From the NCBI GenBank assembly GCA_002311135.1, contig DBZK01000010.1, positions 34,755-98,754 on the forward strand: a stretch of 64,000 nucleotides of DNA, given 5' to 3'. A model generated the notes under the pieces. The model searched no databases. It worked only from the letters and a program-made list of their open reading frames with translations, and was not told where the DNA came from. Each line of letters starts with the position of its first letter. Within the stretch, counting starts at the first letter, position 1. Both the position numbers and the translations under genes were made by a program. Positions 29,932 through 38,288 of this stretch are shown here, piece by piece. The stretch comes from Dehalococcoidia bacterium UBA1162. GTDB taxonomy: Bacteria > Chloroflexota > Dehalococcoidia > GIF9 > UBA5629.

Positions 29932-31068
29932 ATGACCGTAAAATCTTTTTATTTTGCGCCACTATTAATGTTCATCGTTTTCGCTCTTGTATTTAATTCC
30001 TGCCAGGCGCCCAAATATTATGATAACGTTCAACGCGTCTTTCCTGCGGTAGTACGCGTGAGCACGGAGGACGAAATAGGCTCGGGCGTCATCGTAACGG
30101 ACACGGGCTACATATTGACCAGCAATCATGTGTTGCACGATAGCAAGTCCCCCATCGTGATGCTGAACAACGGCTCCCAGTATCAGGCTACAGTTGCAAC
30201 GGTGGATAGCGCCAGGGACCTGGCGGTCATTAAATTGCCCGATAATCCGGCGGGCTATCCGTATGCTACCCTGGGCAGTTCGACCGAGTCGAACACACTG
30301 CAGATCGGCAGCCCGGTGCTGGTGATCGGCTACCCGGGCGAAAACGATATCAACCACCTGATGCTCAGCACCGGCAGTATCTGCGCTTTCCCCAGGATCG
30401 ATTCGGTCGGCTTCCTGCAGAGTGAGGCAAAGGCCTACCCCGGCAGCAGCGGCGGCCCTATGACCAACAGCAACGGCGATGTAGTAGGCATCATCAACAG
30501 CCGGTACACCAACCTTAAGGACTCCTGCTCCACCTTTGCCACAGCTATAAACGAAGCGAAACCGCTGCTCGACAACCTTGCTACCGGCGGGCAGCCTGTA
30601 GCTGTGGCACCGGAGGAAAATATCACCTCCGCCTCAAGTTTGCCATGCGCCAGCGTGGGCTGCCTGGCTCCCGATTTCAGCCTTCCCACCGTCGACCAGA
30701 AAGAGCTCACGTTAAGTTCACTTAAGGGCAAAAAGGTCATAGTGGCATTTCTTTCGACAACCTGCAACGCCTGCCTTCAGACCATGCAGTGCCTGCTTCC
30801 CATTTACGCCACCTGGCCGAGAGACCAGCTTGAGATGGTATTCGTAGTCAGCGGGGAGCAGTTCGACGACGTTCAGCATTGGGTAAAACTGTATGGCATA
30901 AAATGCCCGGTGGTGCTCGATTCACTGGAACTTGTTCTGAATCAATATCAACCCGACCAGTCTCCTGCCCTCTATTTCTTGACGGCCGACGGGCATATAA
31001 AGATTACGAAATTTCCCCCCATCGACGGCTGTACAGCGCAATTCGATGCCCTGCTGAGGCTTTATTAG
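29932..31068 (+). CDS. Lipoprotein: trypsin-like serine protease fused to a redoxin domain
   Basis: TSNHV / RDLAV / PGSSGGP triad, then APDFSLP and CNAC. Confidence 0.85.
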   Translation: MTVKSFYFAPLLMFIVFALVFNSCQAPKYYDNVQRVFPAVVRVSTEDEIGSGVIVTDTGYILTSNHVLHDSKSPIVMLNNGSQYQATVATVDSARDLAVIKLPDNPAGYPYATLGSSTESNTLQIGSPVLVIGYPGENDINHLMLSTGSICAFPRIDSVGFLQSEAKAYPGSSGGPMTNSNGDVVGIINSRYTNLKDSCSTFATAINEAKPLLDNLATGGQPVAVAPEENITSASSLPCASVGCLAPDFSLPTVDQKELTLSSLKGKKVIVAFLSTTCNACLQTMQCLLPIYATWPRDQLEMVFVVSGEQFDDVQHWVKLYGIKCPVVLDSLELVLNQYQPDQSPALYFLTADGHIKITKFPPIDGCTAQFDALLRLY

Positions 31069-31115
31069 GTTATTAAATGACCGTAAAGCCTTTTTATCTT
31101 GCTCCATTACTGATA

Positions 31116-32057
31116 TTAATTGCCCTGCCGACGGGGAGATAGATTCTTTGCTGAGGCTTTATTAGCCACCCCCTTTAACCTTTCCAAAGCCAGTTCGCAG
31201 TAGGCGCGATCTATATCGTACCCGACATATTCCCTTTTGGCTTGAAGCGCGGCCAGGCAGGTAGAGCCGCTGCCTGCGAAGGGATCGAGCACCACCTCGC
31301 CTTCGAAGGTATAGAGCTGGATCAAACGGCGGGGCAACTCCAGCGGAAAGGGGGCCGGGTGGCCTATTTTCCCGGCACGTTCGGACGGGAACTTCCAGAT
31401 GCTCCTGGTGAATTCTAAAAACTCCTCCCTGGATATGGTGCTCATTCTTTTGCAGGGATTGGGACGCGTAAAGGACTGCTTGCAGAAAACGAGGATGTAC
31501 TCATGCACGTCGCGCAGCACCGGGTTGCCGGCCTTCATATAGGTACCCCAGGCGGTGGACGAGCCGGCACTGCTGCCCTTGTCCCAGAGAATCTCGCCGC
31601 GCATCAGGAATCCGGACTCTTGCATGGCCCTGCTAATATGCGAGTTAAGGGGAATGTAGGGCTTGCGCCCCAGGTTGGCGATATTTATGCAGGCCCTTCC
31701 GCCGGGCACGAGCACCCTGTACGTTTCGGCGAATACCCGCTTCAGCAGTCCTAAGTATTGGTCAAGTGAAAGGTCATCGTCGTATTGCTTGCCCACATTG
31801 TAGGGGGGAGATGTGACCATGAGGTGTACCGAGCAGTCCGGCAGCTCTGACATATGCTCGCTGCTTTTGCAAAAGATCCTGTTGATATATTTGCCCGGGA
31901 TTTTATTTTCAACGTAAACGGCCTTTTTATCTTCTTCGAGGCCGTCATATAGCTTGCCCTTGTAGAATTTAGAGGAGTCGTGGCTGATCCGCCCCTGAGT
32001 TCCGAAGGCGCTGGTGCTCGTGCGCTTATGTTTTTTCTGAGATGGATTAGTTTTCAT
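31116..32057 (-). CDS. Beta-class amino DNA methyltransferase (probably m4C), orphan
   Basis: Motif IV VTSPPY precedes HPAPFP and motif I VLDPFAGSGST. Confidence 0.92.
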   Translation of the reverse strand: MKTNPSQKKHKRTSTSAFGTQGRISHDSSKFYKGKLYDGLEEDKKAVYVENKIPGKYINRIFCKSSEHMSELPDCSVHLMVTSPPYNVGKQYDDDLSLDQYLGLLKRVFAETYRVLVPGGRACINIANLGRKPYIPLNSHISRAMQESGFLMRGEILWDKGSSAGSSTAWGTYMKAGNPVLRDVHEYILVFCKQSFTRPNPCKRMSTISREEFLEFTRSIWKFPSERAGKIGHPAPFPLELPRRLIQLYTFEGEVVLDPFAGSGSTCLAALQAKREYVGYDIDRAYCELALERLKGVANKASAKNLSPRRQGN

Positions 32058-32161
32058 TATGCGTATTATATTTGAAGTCTCGGTGGAACGCGAGTTTTTC
32101 GCTGACAATGATGATTTATCCCCTCATGTAAAGACCGAGCATAGGTAACACCTTAAACCGG

Positions 32162-32277
32162 CCCTCTCCCGATGGAAGAGGGAATTCTATATATAAGAGG
32201 GGCTAAAGCCCCTCTTCAACACCCCTTGCCCGGTCAGCCTTACTTTTAGAACACATCTCCCGCGTCGCTGGTTACGA
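32162..32277. repeat. Repeat family C, second copy
   Basis: TATAAGAGGGGCTAAAGCCCCTCTTCAAC nearly identical to 20386-20414. Confidence 0.85.
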
Positions 32278-32317
32278 ATTGGGAAGGAGTTCCCTCCTCA
32301 AAGCCTGCCTATTCAAA

Positions 32318-32347
32318 CGTCATTGCGAGCGATAGCGTGGCAATCCT
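32318..32347. repeat. Repeat family A, single arm
   Basis: CGTCATTGCGAGCGATAGCGTGGCAATCCT. Confidence 0.85.
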
Positions 32348-32360
32348 TTATTAACTCACG

Positions 32361-32398
32361 TTCACCGATTGACCTCTCGGTCGGTGAAATGGCATAAT
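32361..32398 (+). promoter_or_regulatory. Sigma70-type promoter overlapped by a palindromic operator
   Basis: TTGACC (32369) N18 CATAAT (32393) with TG extension; inverted repeat TTCACCGA-N12-TCGGTGAA. Confidence 0.7.
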
Positions 32399-32437
32399 TC
32401 AAAATCCAACTTAAAATAAAACCCCGGAGGTCTAACT

Positions 32438-33973
32438 ATGGAAACATTTCCCTGGTGGAGCAAAGCACAAATCGAGCTGGCGGAAGATGCCAAGAAATTT
32501 ACCGACGAGGTCTTAGTACCCATCGGCGAGCGGGATGCCCTTTTGAGAAAGTTCAGCCGTGAAGGCCTGGCTAAAATGGCCGGTAAGGGCTGGTTCGGGG
32601 CGCTCATCCCCAAAAAATATGGGGGTCGTGCCGAGGAGTGGGGTGTAACCGGTGCAGCCATTATCATGGAGGAGACTTCCAGGGCAGGAGAATCCGCGGG
32701 CGGGCTGGGCACGACCATGTTCGGCAGCGCCACCCAGATAGTGCACAACGGCAATGAGGAGCAGAAGCAGAAATGGCTGCCGGGCATAGCCAGGGGCGAG
32801 CTGATCGGCTGTATCACCATGACCGAGCCGTATGCCGGTTCGGACATAGCCGGCATCGAGACCACGGCAGTCCGCCAGGGCGATTTTTATATTATTAACG
32901 GCAAGAAACGCTTCCAGACCATAGCTGCCGCCGCCGACCTTTATATGTGCTATTTCCTCACCAGCGACAAGCCGGAGGACAGGGCCAAATATAACCATCT
33001 CGGCGCCTTTGTAGTTGAGAAAGGCACGCCCGGTTTCCATATTGAGCGTATGAATGACACCATGGGATATGACGGCTCATACAACTGCTATCTGAGCTTC
33101 GACGATGCCAAGGTGCCGACCTTTAACCGGCTGGGGCAGGAAGGCGAAGGCTGGAAGATCATGATGAGCGGACTCAACGTAGAGAGGATACTCAATGCCT
33201 CTCCTACACTGGGACCCCAGCGTGAATGTATCCGTTACGCACAGCAGCACCTTGAAAGGCGCATCCAGTTCGGCCAGCCGACAGGCTCCATTGCCACCAA
33301 CCAGTTCAAGCTGGCTGACATGATCTGGAAGCTATATCTAAGCAGGCTGATCGTCTATTATGGCGCTTACTGCGCCGACCTCGGCAAGGACGTGCCGGTT
33401 GAAGCGGCCATCTCCAAGATGTTCTCCTCCGATTCGGCGATGGAGACTGCGCTGGAAGCAGTTCAGTGCATGGGTGGCAACGGCATTATGAAGATCTACC
33501 CCGTGGAAAGGCTTTTCCGCGATGCCAAGCATGCCCAGATAGCTGCCGGCACTTCGGAAATTTTGAAACTGCTTATCTATCGTCAGGGCACCAGGAATCT
33601 GAAAAATGACCTCAAGGTCCCACAGAGGGTTATCGATCCCGAGCTTGGCCTGCCACTGCCCGTCGGCAAACCCCTGCCGAAGAAAACGGCTAAAGGTGAA
33701 GAGGACCTTCTGAAAGTCCTGGCCGAGAACTACAGGACCAATCCCGGGCTGTATATGACGCTGGATGATATCAAAGAGTGGCTGGATATCTCGGACGCCG
33801 ACCTTATCAAATACCTGGAAAGCTTGGAGAAACAGGGCCTGGCCGGGTGCTACCGCACACGTAAGGGCATATCACTGGCCAGGGTTACCTATAAAGGGCT
33901 GCAAAAAGCCAATCCTCCTGAGTATTACAAATACCGCCCATCCTGGCTGAAAGACGATCAGGACTTCTGGTGA
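32438..33973 (+). CDS. Acyl-CoA dehydrogenase with C-terminal winged-helix-like extension
   Basis: MTEPYAGSD, GLNVER, RIQFGQP, QCMGGNG, IAAGTSEI, then about 125 extra residues. Confidence 0.92.
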   Translation: METFPWWSKAQIELAEDAKKFTDEVLVPIGERDALLRKFSREGLAKMAGKGWFGALIPKKYGGRAEEWGVTGAAIIMEETSRAGESAGGLGTTMFGSATQIVHNGNEEQKQKWLPGIARGELIGCITMTEPYAGSDIAGIETTAVRQGDFYIINGKKRFQTIAAAADLYMCYFLTSDKPEDRAKYNHLGAFVVEKGTPGFHIERMNDTMGYDGSYNCYLSFDDAKVPTFNRLGQEGEGWKIMMSGLNVERILNASPTLGPQRECIRYAQQHLERRIQFGQPTGSIATNQFKLADMIWKLYLSRLIVYYGAYCADLGKDVPVEAAISKMFSSDSAMETALEAVQCMGGNGIMKIYPVERLFRDAKHAQIAAGTSEILKLLIYRQGTRNLKNDLKVPQRVIDPELGLPLPVGKPLPKKTAKGEEDLLKVLAENYRTNPGLYMTLDDIKEWLDISDADLIKYLESLEKQGLAGCYRTRKGISLARVTYKGLQKANPPEYYKYRPSWLKDDQDFW

Positions 33974-34048
33974 TTGGGTACTGCCCTCACCAGATGTTCG
34001 ACTACACTAGTCAATCATTCATAAATCCTGTCCAATTATTGACCTCAA

Positions 34049-35296
34049 TTGCTGAATTATTTTAAACGTAATGAGACCCTGCTCATTCTCTGCATAGCGG
34101 GCATGCTCATGAACATGGGGATGGGTCAGGTCAGCCCCATACTGGCGCTGTATGCCCGGCAGTTCGGCATAAACATGACGCTGGTCGGACTCATCATAAC
34201 CGCTTTTGCCTTTGCCAGCGCCATCGTGGATATCCCGGCAGGCAGAATTGCCGAGCGGCTGGGCCGCCGCCCCACCCTTATCGCAGGCTGTCTGGTGCTG
34301 GCTGCCGGGTCGGTGGGATGTGCGCTGGCACCCGGCTACTGGCTTTTTGTGGTCTGCCGCCTTATTCAGGGTACCGGCTACGCCCTCTACACCACCACAG
34401 CTATGATCATGCTGACTGATATAAGTACCGTGCATAACCGCGGCAACAATATGGGATGGTATATGGGCAGCGCATGGATCGGCTTCGGCCTGGGACCGAT
34501 CAGCGGCGGCTTTATCGGCCAGTACTTCGGCTTGCCGGCAGTATTCTATGTGTATGCCTTTTTCTGCGCGCTGGCAGCGGTTTGGGCCTTCCTGCGACTG
34601 CCCGAGACTCACCACTACCATGCCAGACAATCAATTGCAGAGCCGGGTGATCGTCCGCCTGCAACGGGAGCAAGGCTTAGCATCAAAGATCTGCTGGTCA
34701 ACCCCAATTTTATGCTGATCTGCCTCATTGCTTTTTGCGTATTCTTTACCAACGACGGATCACGATATCAAATATTGCCGCTGCTTTCTCATGACCGCCT
34801 CGGCCTAACCCCGAGCGAAATAGGTTTGGCTGTGACCGTAATAGCCGCGGCCAATATAATTGTGCAGCTGATCATCGGAAGGCTATCCGACAAGGTGGGC
34901 AGAAAGCCCATGATCCTCCCCGGGTGCATTCTCCTGGCAGTCTCTCTGGTGATATGGATGCTGAGTGCCAATTACCAGTTCATACTCTTAGGTTGTATAG
35001 TATTCGGGATAGGCATAGGCATAACCGGGCCCACCCCGGCCGCATACGTAGCCGACATACTTTCGGGCCAAAACTCCAGCGGCGGTATGAGCATCTTCAG
35101 GACGGCCTGCGACCTGGGCTTCGTCGTCGGCCCTGTTTTCCAGGGATGGCTGGCAGATATGAACGGATTTGATTTCCCGCTGATCTTCAATGCCGTCCTG
35201 CTGTTCACAGCCGCGCTGGTTTTCCAGATCGTGGCCAGGGAGCACCCTTCCTTTGCAGCCCGGAACAACACGAAGCCAATAAACACTAAGTTCTAA
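34049..35296 (+). CDS. MFS transporter
   Basis: About 12 TMs; GRIAERLGRR and GRLSDKVGRK motif A. Confidence 0.92.
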   Translation: MLNYFKRNETLLILCIAGMLMNMGMGQVSPILALYARQFGINMTLVGLIITAFAFASAIVDIPAGRIAERLGRRPTLIAGCLVLAAGSVGCALAPGYWLFVVCRLIQGTGYALYTTTAMIMLTDISTVHNRGNNMGWYMGSAWIGFGLGPISGGFIGQYFGLPAVFYVYAFFCALAAVWAFLRLPETHHYHARQSIAEPGDRPPATGARLSIKDLLVNPNFMLICLIAFCVFFTNDGSRYQILPLLSHDRLGLTPSEIGLAVTVIAAANIIVQLIIGRLSDKVGRKPMILPGCILLAVSLVIWMLSANYQFILLGCIVFGIGIGITGPTPAAYVADILSGQNSSGGMSIFRTACDLGFVVGPVFQGWLADMNGFDFPLIFNAVLLFTAALVFQIVAREHPSFAARNNTKPINTKF

Positions 35297-35431
35297 ACAA
35301 GTTCAAAACTCAAAGCTTAAACAATATTGGAATTTGGTTGAGAGATTGCTCCGCTGTCGCTCGCAATGACCTGTTTCCTGAATTGTCATTGCGAGGTTGG
35401 TTGATGGATTGCTTTTTAGAGCTTAGAATTT
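35291..35431. repeat. Mosaic of repeat families B and A
   Basis: CTAAACAAGTTCAAAACTCAAAGC (B); GAGATTGC...CTCGCAATGAC 35342-35370 and TGTCATTGCGAG 35384 (A); TTTTTAGAGCTTAGAATTT (B). Confidence 0.8.
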
Positions 35432-36844
35432 CCCCGAACTGGGCCCTTGGAGTCTCTCCAGAAACTCTTTTCTCCTGACCATGGCCCCCAGACAGCGTAT
35501 AGCGTTCTCGGGCATGATATAGACCGGGATGCCGTCCTTAACGGCCATTTCCATACCCAAAACCTGGTCGCCGGGGTTGCCGGGCACGTAGAGCACGGGC
35601 TTCCTGAGCCGGTCGCGCATGTCCACGATCCTTGTCCTGAACTGGTCTATCTGTAAAAAGCCATAGGCTATCATCACGCAGGCGTCCACATCGGCTAAGA
35701 CCATCTCGAGGCAGTCGGCATAAACACCGTAGGTATCGCCGACGGGCACCCATACCAGGTCCACCGGGTTCTTGCGGTTGGTGGAGGGCGGCACCTTGTC
35801 CTTCAAATAGGCTGACAGCCTGTCCTGCGTCTGCTGCGAGAGATGTGGTATGGTCAATCCCTCCCGGACACAGGCATCGGAGGAAGCCACGGCTCCGCCT
35901 CCCGCTTCGATCAACAACCCAACCCGCCTGCCGGACGGTAAAACATGACAATTGAAGGCTACGGCCAGGTCTATGACGTCCTCCATGCTCTTCGCAGCTA
36001 TAATGCCGACCTGCCGGCACATGGCCTGGAAGACCTCGTAGTCCCCGGCCAGGGAACCGGTATGCGAAGCTGCGGACCTGGCTCCCATCTCAGAACTGCC
36101 TCCCTTCCAGATAATAATGGGCTTATGCGGGCATATCTCCCGGGCGATCTCCATAAAACGCCGCGCGTTTTTTAGCCCTTCAACATAGGCGGCGATCACC
36201 GTGGTGTTAGGATCTGTTCCCCAGTAGCCGATCAGGTCCTCCACGGTGAGGTCGCTCTGATTGCCGATACTGATGATGCCGCTAAATCGCAACCCTCGTG
36301 AGCTGCCCAGCCTAAGCATGGTCTCGCTGGCCCAGCCGCTCTGTCCCACAAATCCCACTGTGCCCGGCTCCATGGGCATCCTCGCATATGGGACCACCGT
36401 GTTAACACGTCCACGGGACGTAAAGATGCCCATGCAATTGGGACCGATGATCCTGACACCGCCTTCGTGTGCGATATCAACCATCTTCTTTTCGTAGTCA
36501 CGTCCCGCCGCTCCCATCTCGCTGAAGCCGACGGCATGTACCACAACGAATTTAACTCGTTTGCGTGCACATTCCTCCATGGCGGGGATGATGGCGGAGG
36601 AGGGTATAGCCAGTATGGCCAGGTCGATCTCGCCGGGTATGCCGGACAGATTCGGGTAGCATTTCAGACCCATGATCTCTGATTCTTTAGGATTGACCGG
36701 GTAGATCATCCCGGCATAGTTGTCTTTCAGCATGCTGTTGATGAACATGCCGCCCGATTTCCACTCGTCCTTGGAGGCGCCCACGATGGCAACTGAACGG
36801 GGCTCAAATAAATACTTGAGGTCGGGTATGCCGTTGTCTATCAT
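35423..36844 (-). CDS. ADP-forming acyl-CoA synthetase alpha subunit (CoA-binding)
   Basis: LFEPRSVAIVGAS, YPVNP, GPNCMG, AASHTGSLAG, NPVDL. Confidence 0.9.
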   Translation of the reverse strand: MIDNGIPDLKYLFEPRSVAIVGASKDEWKSGGMFINSMLKDNYAGMIYPVNPKESEIMGLKCYPNLSGIPGEIDLAILAIPSSAIIPAMEECARKRVKFVVVHAVGFSEMGAAGRDYEKKMVDIAHEGGVRIIGPNCMGIFTSRGRVNTVVPYARMPMEPGTVGFVGQSGWASETMLRLGSSRGLRFSGIISIGNQSDLTVEDLIGYWGTDPNTTVIAAYVEGLKNARRFMEIAREICPHKPIIIWKGGSSEMGARSAASHTGSLAGDYEVFQAMCRQVGIIAAKSMEDVIDLAVAFNCHVLPSGRRVGLLIEAGGGAVASSDACVREGLTIPHLSQQTQDRLSAYLKDKVPPSTNRKNPVDLVWVPVGDTYGVYADCLEMVLADVDACVMIAYGFLQIDQFRTRIVDMRDRLRKPVLYVPGNPGDQVLGMEMAVKDGIPVYIMPENAIRCLGAMVRRKEFLERLQGPSSGKF

Positions 36845-37036
36845 CGCAGGCCTCCGCTATCAATTTTGTCTCTTCGCTCAATTCGGACGCAGGATAAGCC
36901 GAAGTTCAGGTAATTATCTTATGGCCTTCAGCCCTGTGTCAAAAGGCAGAGGATTGTGCTATATTACTGCTATTGAACCGGCAGTCAACCGGTGCTCAGT
37001 TATTCACCCGCCTAATAATAATTGGAGGAGCGAACG

Positions 37037-37789
37037 ATGTCATACGAGACCCTCATCTACGCGAAGGATTCAGGTATAGGCAGGATCACTATCAACCGTC
37101 CCGATGCAATGAACGCCATCACCCCCGGCATGCTTAAGGAGCTGAAAGCTGCGGTGCTGGAGGCCGGAAAGGATAGTGAAGTCAAAGTCATTGTGCTCAC
37201 CGGCGCAGGCAAGGCCTTCTGCGCAGGGGTGGACCTTAAGGCGCTGGGGGACCGCAAACTGGCCAGGGGCAAGGTGGGCAATATCCTGGATATCCCAGCC
37301 AGGGAATTGATAGATGCTATACGTGCCGTGCCCAAGGTGGTCATCGCATTGGTCAACGGCTTTTGTTTCACAGGCGCCATGGAGATCATGCTGGGCTGCG
37401 ACCTTGCCATAGCCGCCGAGGAGGCCAAAATAGGAGACACGCACGCCAAATGGGGACTGAGGCCTACCTGGGGCATGAGCGCACGTTTGCCCCGCAGGGT
37501 TGGCTTCCTTAAGGCGAGAGAGCTCTCCTATACCGCCGATGCCGTGAGCGGCAAAGAGGCCGAACGCATCGGTCTGGTAAATATGGCTGTGCCCCTGGAC
37601 AAACTTGAGGAAGCGCTGCAAATGCTGGCCAAGAAGATCATGGCCAACAGCCCCCAGTCCATCATGGCCTACAAAAAACTATACAATGCCAATGAGAGCA
37701 TGACGCTGGACAAGAGCCTCAAGCTGGAATTCGGCAGCGAGTTCGACATTACCGATACCGACCAGAGGCTGGCGGGGTTCCGCAAGTAA
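37037..37789 (+). CDS. Enoyl-CoA hydratase/isomerase family protein
   Basis: INRPDAMNA, AFCAGVDL, EAERIGLVN; GGAGG before ATG 37037. Confidence 0.92.
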   Translation: MSYETLIYAKDSGIGRITINRPDAMNAITPGMLKELKAAVLEAGKDSEVKVIVLTGAGKAFCAGVDLKALGDRKLARGKVGNILDIPARELIDAIRAVPKVVIALVNGFCFTGAMEIMLGCDLAIAAEEAKIGDTHAKWGLRPTWGMSARLPRRVGFLKARELSYTADAVSGKEAERIGLVNMAVPLDKLEEALQMLAKKIMANSPQSIMAYKKLYNANESMTLDKSLKLEFGSEFDITDTDQRLAGFRK

Positions 37790-37866
37790 AATCCTGTTAG
37801 ACATAAACGGGGCCTGCCACACAATCCGGAGCCGTTTAAATAAGTTTTAATTACAGGAGGTCACAT

Positions 37867-38271
37867 ATGCCTGAAAGGAAGTTCAAGTATTTGAGCAAGG
37901 AATGGACGGAGGAAGTGGGGAAGAGGCTGAAGAAAGATCTGACGCCCGAAAAAATGAAGCATATCACCTCCTCGATGTTGACCATTTACACCAACTGCCC
38001 GGACAAAAAGACCAGGGCGTTGTACTACAAACTCAAGGATGGAGTGGTGGAGAGCGTTTCGCTGGTGGAAGGCGCCCTGCCTAAGGCCGAGTTCTCCATC
38101 ACCGCGGACTACGATATGTTTGCTAAAATCTCCCGCGCGGAGTTGAAGGCACGTTCGGCGCTGATGTCGGGTAAGATGACCCTGAAAGGCAACCTGGTAA
38201 AGGCCCTGACGCTCTCGCCAACGGTCGACAGGCTGAACGAGGTGATCGCTAAGGTCCCGACCGAGTATTAA
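37867..38271 (+). CDS. SCP2 sterol/acyl-CoA-binding domain protein
   Basis: YLSKEW, ALMSGKMTLKGNL. Confidence 0.85.
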   Translation: MPERKFKYLSKEWTEEVGKRLKKDLTPEKMKHITSSMLTIYTNCPDKKTRALYYKLKDGVVESVSLVEGALPKAEFSITADYDMFAKISRAELKARSALMSGKMTLKGNLVKALTLSPTVDRLNEVIAKVPTEY

Positions 38272-38288
38272 GGCAAGGAGATATAGAA

